Assembly: GCF_009834535.1 (NCBI RefSeq)
Contig: NC_045697.1
Location: 49,602,001-49,666,000 of the forward strand
DNA: 64,000 nucleotides
From: Camelus ferus
Taxonomy: Eukaryota
Reading direction: 5' to 3'
The position numbers and the translations under genes are program-made. Within the stretch, counting starts at the first letter, position 1; each line of letters opens with the position of its first letter. Of the stretch, positions 54,771 to 64,000 are shown piece by piece. The notes under the pieces were generated by a model. It did not search any database and had not been told where the DNA came from. It was given only the letters and a program-made list of their open reading frames with translations.

Positions 54771-57049
54771 CCTTAGTCTCTTTTTAATCTGTTTCTTTGC
54801 CATCTCTCAAGTTGTCCTCTTGTTTCCAATTTCATGCACTTCCATAGTGTTTTCTTTAGATTTTTAGAGCATTTCACTTTCTTTAGTCATTAAAAGGTGC
54901 CTTTCAACCTCTTCCTCTATTGTCCCACTTGGGCAGTAGTTCATGTTATGATTTTTCTGGAAAAGTATGGCTTTTCATACAGTAACTTCAAGTTTTTTTT
55001 GAATTCAAGTCAATGACATTTTTTCAATAAACTTCAGCTACCCAAAGGAACAGCCAAACAATCCACCCTTTAGAACTGATCATCATCATCTTGTACCATT
55101 TCCAAGGTCTTAAATTCACAAATTGCTTTCTTTGACAGAAACTTTTTCTATTTCACTCCCTTTAGACTTACTTTTTATGCCTATGAAGACTTCCATTTTC
55201 TCAGCGCCTCTATTTTCAGTTTATTAAGCTAACTTCTGTCATAATTTGTCTTCCTATCTAGCTGGAACCTGTGGCAGACCATTTCCGTGGTACTTTCTCC
55301 ATCATCCTTGATTTCTTCTTTGTTTAATCTCCTTGCACTACCAGTTCTCTAAGCAGCTTATGTATAACATCTATTTTCTCCATTCTTGACCCTGAGGATA
55401 CCAAGTCCTATGAAACAGAGTCAGCTGGTTTCACTGTAAATTCATGGTGTCCAGGCTCAAGTGGGCATATTTTACTGTTTTGTATTCCTTTCAGATCAAA
55501 ATGTCTTCTTTCATAGAATTTCTGCTCACAAACCCTCGAGCCTCAATCTCACCATTATCTTTTTGTGTGTGTGTGCAGAAATGAAGGTTTTTATTTTTTA
55601 ACTGAGAAGATCTAAGCCAGCTAATGTGTTTGTCCTACGTTTTCCTGTTTTTCCTCTTTCCTCTAAACCTCTTCAAGGCTAGGCCCTTTTCATATTTTAT
55701 TACCTCCTCTTCACTGCTTTTCTTGGTTTTTCATTAATTATTCCTTTTTTTTTTTTTTGCCTCTTTAAAGCTTCTCTCTCCATTCTTCTTCCTTACAAAG
55801 ATTTTCCTGTTTAAAAAGAAAAAATAACAATAACCCAATCCTGCTTCTGCGTAATGCTGCCTCCTCTTCAGCAAACACGTAGATGACTTTGCCCAGGATG
55901 TTTAATTCTTGAATACCCTATGTCTCCTTTACAGTTGGCTTTCAAGCTCAATTCTTAAGAAATTGTTTTCTCCAGCATTACCTAGTCACCAAAGGATAAA
56001 CTTTTGGTTGCCTGTGGGATATAAACAGGTTATTTTAAGCTTCAGGGCCTCTTGCTTAAAGGTGCCTTAAAAATGTTTATGTTGTTGAATATTTTTGTTA
56101 AGTTACAAAAGTAAAATATTTTTGCATTCTTGTTCTCAAGCTTCAGGCCCAACAAAACCTGGATTTGCCACTTTAAAGGGAATCTGCTTCTCATACGAAA
56201 GAAGTTCATCAGATTAGCCTACAGAGGTAACAAAACGGGGCATAGCTCCCTCCACTTGGTCACAGCTAAGGATAGAGCTAATTACACCTTGTATTGACTG
56301 AAGAATTATATTCTTTCCATAGCCAGGTCTCAGGTCTGGTCCTCATTAGTTTCAGGAACTAGATTTTAAGCAGCTTGACCAAGGTGATCAAGCACTGGAA
56401 GATTAATTCATTCTAAGCAAACTCACAAAAGTTTGTTTAAAAACCAGAATGTTTATTTCTTTGTATACAAGAAGGAATTAATACCTTAATATTGACTATA
56501 GGTATAAGTATCTGCTATCCAGGGCACTTTTAACTGGATCAAGGTATTACGGAAACCAAATACTATTATAAAATGTTTAGTTTTCATAATTTGATGTGAA
56601 AATAATTGAGTGCTTAAGGTCTCTTCACTGCAGGGGTATGGTGTAACCCTCAAATTCCTTGAAAATGAAGAAAGCCCTGTTTCTTGTGTGATTTCAGTAT
56701 GTGCATGATTCTGACCTACCAGTCTTGCCTGGTCATGGACTGAGTTAGTCTCTGCCTTAAACATCGCACCCTGCAATTGCACCCAAATTTGGCTGTCAAA
56801 AGACCAAAGTGTTGCTCATGTGTGCTAGTTCCCCACCTATCCTAGCCCTTTTTCTCTCATTTCTTTCACATTCTCTCGTCTCCTTCCATTATCTCCAAAG
56901 TGTCTCCCTCATGTTCAGTGCCTAGGCCGTCTTCCCCAAGTCCCTCCTAAAGTCAGTTCTGTTGTCACCTACTACTTTCACCTTGCCTCGCCTACTTATC
57001 ATCACCTCTTAGACTGTCACCCTCATCTCCTACTTGGCCCAGACTGGCT

Positions 57050-57850
57050 CCACTGCCCGGACGGACGGGAAAGGAAGCGTCGAATCGCGGTCGGGCCAGA
57101 ACCTTCTCGTGTGAGGAGCCCACTCCCCGGCCCAGCGGGGAAGCTTAAGGAACGCTTCATCGCGTTCTTTGCACAGTCTTCCCCTCTCATTTTCTCCCAA
57201 TCCTATAAAACCATCACCACCACTTTGAGCCTTTCCCTGAGCACTAGAATCTCCTCTTGGCCTCAGACATAAGGAGAGGCCTCCCGGCGAAAGGTGCTTC
57301 CTTACTTGAAAGCGAAGCTGTGTGCTAATGCTGGCGTCTGCGCATCAGTGATGAGAACCTGAGCAGGGCCCCAGGTGAACCGGCAGGGTGGTTGGCACTA
57401 AGCCAATCACAGCTCGTGACGACAGGGCCCGGCCAATCAGAACACGGGAAGTTTGGCGCACTCAGGGCGGGCCTGGGAGGGTGAGGACCCGCCCCCTTGC
57501 AGCTCGGTGGCCAACGCCTTGGCCCAGGGCTAGCGAGAGCCGAGCAGATTCGCAGACTCCTGGGACTGGGCACCGTACAAGCTGGGAGGCGGTGCCCTCT
57601 CACCCCAGCTATTATCCCGACAGGCCTTGGCCTTAACAGGTGTTGTGCCTGCCGTGGACGCATTTTAACCCCGGTCGTATCTCTCTGGAGACTTTGTGCC
57701 TATGGTTGGGGACAGAGTGAGGTCGTTGCCTTGACGACGGCAGCATGCGGCCCGCGGTCCTCCGGAGTGTGAGCTTGCGGCAGGGTCGAGGCCAATCTGC
57801 CTCCCTGCCTGCTTCACCTGGGACCCGTGACTGTTCCCGCAGAAGAAATC
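57050..57850 (+). promoter_or_regulatory. CDKL2: CpG-rich promoter of CDKL2
   Basis: CpG-rich block; tandem CCAAT boxes 57403-57407 and 57433-57437; GC boxes 57465-57470 and 57489-57495; lies 2 kb upstream of the CDKL2 ATG exon. Confidence 0.85.
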
Positions 57851-57982
57851 ACTACAACAGTAGAATTGCTAGTTTGCTAGTCAGCATCTTTTAGACCTGC
57901 GAGCGAGATGCATTTCACCTGAAATTTGTTCCCAAGTTGAAAACCTTTGGGTCTTTCCACGCGAAAGGATTTAAAAGCAACA
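57500..57982 (+). other. CDKL2: CDKL2 non-coding exon 1 (5' end approximate)
   Basis: Consensus donor ACA|gtaagt at 57982/57983, just downstream of the CpG island; matching acceptor tttttacag| at 59913. Confidence 0.7.
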
Positions 57983-59887
57983 GTAAGTATAATACTTTTT
58001 AAAGCTTCTATTATCTCATTCTTTACTATGTAATAGATCTCAGTCTGTCTTTAACAAAATAAAAAAAAAACAGCATTATTTTTTATTATCTAAATTATTG
58101 GTATGAGAACCATATGCTCACATGGCCCACATCCAGAACTACCGCATTACAATTGGCCAGGTTTCCTTTTAGTTTGTATTACCCTTAATTCAGGAGTAGA
58201 AGGCATGAGGAGTTACAGTTCATGAGTAACTGTTTCAGGAAACAAGAGGCTTTTTAAGCTGTGATACTTTTAAGGTATTTGTGGGCAGTGCCACTTGAAA
58301 AAACAGGTGTGACCAAACATGCAGTTGGATTGGAGAACACACTTGGAGTAGTCAACTGGCAGAATGTTAGCTTGTGACATTCTTCAGACTCTCTTAGACC
58401 TGCTTAAGGTAATTTTAATTTTGTTCACATTGCATTTTCAAATACTGAGGACATAGCTACTAATATTTTTAAATGATCCAGGTTATAGATTCCAGCTATT
58501 TTTGTCCTTGGTATGATAAGCCTAAAAGTCTAGTCCTTAATAAAATATGTTGTCTTAGTGGAAGGAAAAAAAAAATTAAGGAAAAGAGAGACAGAATTAC
58601 ATTGAGTTTTTTTTTTTTTAAACATTGACATTTTATTTAAAAATAGTTAATAGAGTTTAAATGGAAGTTAAAATGTCAAATATATGGAGAGTTAGTGTCA
58701 GGGACACTATAAACAGTTTATAGTAGAACTTACTATAAAAACTGGTAGTAAAATAATGAAATCATTGGAGTTGGTGTTGACAAGTACACAACTGATGGCA
58801 AGATTTTTTTTCCTGTCCAAGTTTTATGAATGAGTGTTTTTATATTGTCAGGTTAAGAAAAATTCAACTATGAATCTTCATTCAAATATATAGTTACCAA
58901 AAGACTTTTTTTCCCCTCCCCAAACTTTTAGAACCACGTTGGGATTAACAGCCATATTTTTCATTCTTTGCTTCTGGGATTTAATTTCAAAATCAGATTA
59001 AAAATAAATTTAACTTTGAAGTTGTAGTTTATTAGTTTTTATATTTCATGGCAATCAAACCTTATGAATTGAGATCTAACTGTATTTGGTTGAAGTTTCT
59101 TTTTGATCCAAAATATGTAGTGGAATGATTGCTGGACTGTCACCAATCATTAGTAAAGTGAGACAGATTTCATTAGGATTGCCTTTATTGAGAAAATGCC
59201 ATATAATGGCATGTAAAAGAATTCTAAACACAAAATTCAAATAATCAGACTTGTAGTGATTAATCATTAAAAGGATTTTTGAAATAACTGTATTTGATAC
59301 TGATATTTAATTTTTAAAAATATGCTTATATACTGTGATGTCATTGTTATTTTATATGTTCAATATAGAAATTTAATTACTATGGTGAGAAAAGTAAAGA
59401 AAAATAGTTTATCAAAAGTTGTTAGTGTTAACTTGGTGAGTAATCTTTTTGTGAACAAATATTTTCCCAATTGACCAGAAAGTGCATAAAGAGCCTCAAT
59501 TTTGATCTTTTAAACCTGATGTAAAAAAATAAATTTTGTCTTCACTAAAACCAAATTCACTTGTGCCTTTTTCACCTTTGAGTGAAAAGGAATTGTGTTT
59601 TTCTAAAGTAAACTGTAATTGTTTTGTATAATAGTTCAAGTATTGCTTTATCTTTAAAAATATATTGAAATTTCATTAACATGACATTTATTAAGTTAAA
59701 GTTAATGGCTTCAATTCCATTTGCCTTGTCTATTATGAAATATATGTGAATATTTGGAAAACATAATTTATATGCAGAACAATACACAGGGCAGCAATTG
59801 ATGCAATGCAGTGACTGCCCTAATATGAAAAACAGGTGGGCAAGAATCAGTTTGGGAGGGTGGAGGAAACTAATATACTCAACATAA

Positions 59888-60130
<243 letters not shown>

Positions 60131-60326
60131 TGAATTGAAAAAAATGAGTTGTTTCTTGATTGACCATTATTTTTAGAAAAAAAATTCTGTTTTTATATTT
60201 CTTTTGTTTCCATAACTAGATTTAAAGTATAATTTTTTTGGCAAAAAACAAATAAGATTGCATATGCATATTCTTTTATCTCATGAATATAAACATGATT
60301 TTAGAAGTATTTGTTGCTTTTCTCTA

Positions 60327-60337
60327 TGCCTGCCTGC

Positions 60338-60368
<31 letters not shown>

Positions 60369-60392
60369 TCTATCCATCCTCTATCTGTCTAT
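60327..60392. repeat. (TGCC)/(TCTG)/(TCTA)n compound tetranucleotide repeat
   Basis: Seen directly. Confidence 0.9.
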
Positions 60393-60402
60393 ACAGCAAC
60401 AA

Positions 60403-60922
60403 CTGTTTTAGGGGTTCCGAAAACCACCCCCAGTTTCGATGATTCACTAGGAAGGCTCACAGCACTTAGCATATAGTTGTACTCTAGGCTATGATTTATC
60501 ATAGTGAAAGGACATAAAGCAAAATCAGCAAAGGGAAAAGGCACATGGGGTGAACTCTAGAGGAAACCTGTCAAAAGCTTCCAGTGGAGTCACGCGGGAT
60601 GCACTGTTTCTTCCAGCAATGAGCTATGACAACATGTGTAAAATATTGTCTACCAAGGGAATTCACTGGAGACTCAGTGCCCAGAGTTTTTTTTATCAGG
60701 GGCTGGTTACACAGGCACCCTCTGCCTGGCTAATGTAGAAATTCCAGACTGTCAGAAGAAACGCAGGTTTTCAGTATAAACCATATTGTTTGCACAGTGA
60801 GCTACTTTATCTGTTCTGGAAATGAAGGGAACCCTCTTGAAATCCAAGTTTCCGGGTACAGCCAAGGATTCACTTTGCAAGATTTCTAAGGGTAAGAGTC
60901 TCAGGCCTGCTCTGTTAACTCC
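60403..60922. mobile_element. ERVL-class solo LTR (MER77/MER21-like)
   Basis: accacccccagtttcgatgattcactagga ... aaagcaaaatcagcaaagggaaaagg ... ctcaggcctgct.tgttaactc match the recalled family consensus. Confidence 0.7.
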
Positions 60923-60944
60923 CAGTTGAACCAGAAGAACCAGA

Positions 60945-62260
60945 AATTTATCAATTTTATTTATTTTTAGAAAGAACCAATGTTTGGCTTTGTTGATCTT
61001 CCATATTGTATATTTCTTTTCTATTTCATTAATTTTTGCTCTTCAGTATTTTATACCTTATACTGATTTGGGGTGGGTTTATTTTACAGTTCTTTTTCTA
61101 ACCTTATTTCTTTAACTTTTAGGGTTTTTTTTCCCTCATATATGCATTTAAGGCTATAACCTTCCGTCTAAGGACAGCTGTGTATCTGAGAAATTTTGAT
61201 TAGCAGTTCAAAGTATTTCCTCATTTTCCTTGATTTCCAAACATGTGGACAGTTTCTAGGCTTTCCTCCCTGGTTATTTGCTTTTGACACGATTGCCCTG
61301 TGATGTGAGTATGTACTATGTAAGATTTTATTCCTTTTGAATAAATACCCAATACCCCTTCCATTACTTACCAATTATTCCTGTTTCTGGGCTTCCAACT
61401 GGAATCATTTTCCTTGTACTTAAAACATATCCTTTATTTTCTTTAAAGCAGATCTGCTGGTAAGGAATACTGTCCATTTGTGTTTGTCTTTAAAAAAAAA
61501 AGTCTTTACTTTCTGTTTAAAAGATTATTTTCAAGGATATAGAATTCTAAGTCGGCATTACTCAGTATGTTCAAGACATCATTTCACTGTTCCTCTGGCT
61601 TTCATTGCTTCTATTGAAAGATCGGACATTCCTTAGTGTGTCTATTTTTCTTCTGGATGCAGTTAAGCTTTCTCTTTGATTTTGGCTTTCATCAGTTTTA
61701 CAATAATGCACCAAGGTCTGGGTTCCTTTGTATTTATCTTGCTTGGATTTTATGACTCTTGTGTCTGTAAAATAATGTCATTTGTCACTTTTAGAAAATG
61801 CTCAGCTATTATTGTTGCACATATTGCTACTGTCCCATTCTTTCTCTTCTCCATTTAAGAATTGTTTCATATATTAGACCTTCCCCATATGTCTCCTATA
61901 CTCTTTTCTGTGTTTTCATCTGTTTATTTTTCTTTACTTCAACAGATTTTCTTTTGACCTGTCCTCCAATTCAGCTGTTCTGTTTCAGCTGTATCTAATC
62001 TACTGTTAAATTCAACCACTGGCTTCTTAATTAAAGGTGTATTTTTCTGCTCTAGTATTTCCATTAGACTTTTTTCTTATAGTTTCCAGTTTGCTACCAA
62101 ACTCTCTATTCTGCTTTTTTGACTATTGAAATTACAGGCTTTTCTTCTGAAGTCTGTATCCAATAACTATTCTCTAGATCTCCCATGTATTTATTTCCAT
62201 TGTCTGTTTTTTCTCTTGGTTTTTGATCAAGTCTTATCTCTTGATATGCCTGTATTAATT
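60945..62260 (-). mobile_element. Old L1/HAL1 fragments
   Basis: T-rich antisense L1-like motifs (ggatatagaattcta, tatgcatttaaggctataa). Confidence 0.6.
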
Positions 62261-63074
62261 TTTTTATGATTAATAGCTCAGTTTATTAGCTGTTATTGCC
62301 TGTGTTAATTTCTAAAAAGTCTATAAATAGTTTGAATTTGGATTAGCATATTAGACTGGGAGCATCCCATGCACATGGCAGAAGCAAATTTGTATCTTCT
62401 CTGGAGGAAGATAACTATCTTAGCCTCAAAATATTTCTGCAACTAAATTTCCAAAAACAATATCCAATACAAATAATAATGAAGAACACAAGAAAATGAT
62501 ACTGTAAGCAAAGAACTTTAAAATTAAGGAGGTCCTGGGCTGGTAGTGTGCCTCTGCCAGGACAGGGAACATTTTAATGTAAATAATTGTTAACTAGTAA
62601 AGGTGGTTAATTACTAAGAGGGGTGAAAGGAATCCAAAGGATATTTTAAAAAAATAGCAAATGCAGAGTAGATACTACTTTTAGGGCTGATTTCTCAGAG
62701 AACCCACCTTTGCAAGTCATTTAGATATGACTTTTCTTTCCCTCTTAGTCCCAAGAGGCCACAAAAATCCAAGCTCAGTTTCAAATCTGTCACTTTATTC
62801 ACTGCAAAATCAGCTTTGAGTCCCGAGATTGTTTCTGAGTCCTCCTCTTCTTGGTTTTGGCCCAGTAATTCCTCACCATCTTCTTAAATCTTCTTTATGT
62901 TTAAGAAGATTTTAAGATATTTTGTCCAACTTTTTACAAATTCTCAATAAGAGGGTTGGTCTGAGTTACCTCGCCTGCCATTACCAAATGTGGCAGTCAT
63001 CTGCTTTTAAAAATATAAGTGGACAGATAGAGGGAGAGGGGCAGGGGCAGAATGTGGAACTGGTGGTCTGTGTT

Positions 63075-64000
63075 TTAATTTAATCTTGTTCAATCTCCAC
63101 ATATTTAGAGATTTTCCAATTATCTTTATGTTATTGATTTCCAATTTAATTCCATTCGGCCTGACAGCAGACACTGCATGATTTCTAGTCTTTTAAATTT
63201 GTTGAGATGTGTTCTGTGTCCCACAATGTGGTTGATCTTGGTGACTACTCCATATGAGCTTGAGAAAAACGTTATTTCTGCTGTTGTTTGATGAAGTAGT
63301 CTATAGATGTCAATTATATCCAGTTGTCTGATGCTGTTGCTGAATTCATCTATGGCCTTATGATTTCTGTCTATTTCTGAGAGAGGAATGTTGAAGTTTC
63401 CAATTATGACAGTGGATTCATTATTTCTCCCTGTGGTTCTATCAGTTTTTGTTTCATATAGCTTGATTCTCTCTTCTTAGGCACATACATGTTAGAATTG
63501 TTATGCCTTCTTGGAGAACTGACCCCTTTATCATTATGTTATGTCCTTCTGTATCCCTAATAACTTTTCTTACTTTGAAGTCTGTCCTGTCTGAAATTGA
63601 CATAGCTACTCCTGCTTTCTTTTGATTAGTCTTAGTATGATATAGTTTCTCCATCCAATTGCTTTAAATTTCTATGTGTCTTTATATTTAAAGTGGGTTT
63701 CTTATAGACAACATGTATTTGGAGTATGTTTTGATCCAGTCTGACAGTTTTTGTCTTTTAATTGGTGCACTTAGATTACTGACATTCGGAGTTACTGTTG
63801 GTATAGTTGGATTACTGTCTATCATATTTGTTACCGTTTTCAATTTGTTGCCCTTGTTCTTTGTTACTATTTTTGTCTTCTACTCTTTCTGCCTTTTTGT
63901 GGTTGTAATTCAGCATTTTAATATAACCTAATTTTCTCTTCTTTCTTAGCATATCAGTTATACTTCTTTCAAAATATCTTTTAGGTAGTTGCCCTACAGT
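63075..64000 (-). mobile_element. L1 fragment spanning the ORF2 endonuclease region (degenerate)
   Basis: ORF 63454..63654 (NQKKAGVAMSISDRTDFKVRKVIRDTEGHNIMIKGSVLQEGITIL) is L1 endonuclease-like. Confidence 0.85.

Noticed and set aside
58280..59830. AT-rich CDKL2 intron 1 as a possible old DNA transposon or NUMT
   Set aside because: No convincing terminal inverted repeats, transposase frame or mitochondrial gene similarity by eye.

Overview
Mammalian genomic DNA, most likely a camelid. It has seven tRNA-Ala-headed SINEs resembling the camelid Vic-1 family, and I saw no Alu, B1/B2, Bov-tA, PRE1 or SINEC copies. The window holds the complete + strand G3BP2 gene. That gene has a CpG-island promoter at about 20.4-21.6 kb, two candidate alternative non-coding first exons, 11 coding exons (34137-46350, summing to 1449 nt = 482 aa + stop, all GT-AG introns) and a 3' UTR of about 2.7 kb. 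Downstream on the same strand are the promoter, non-coding exon 1 and first coding exon of CDKL2. The rest is mostly ordinary interspersed repeat (L1, L2, MIR, MaLR/ERVL LTRs, hAT MITEs, microsatellites). I found no convincing novel multi-gene system. The best second-look items are an antisense TMA7 processed pseudogene in G3BP2 intron 1, a TSD-flanked chimeric retro-insertion carrying what looks like a captured exon/intron junction, a closely spaced inverted SINE pair in the G3BP2 pre-mRNA, a 135-bp local duplication of an old L1 end, a perfect 15-bp hairpin, and several splicing or regulatory motifs. Repeat family names and comparisons to human sequence come from recall, not from a database search.
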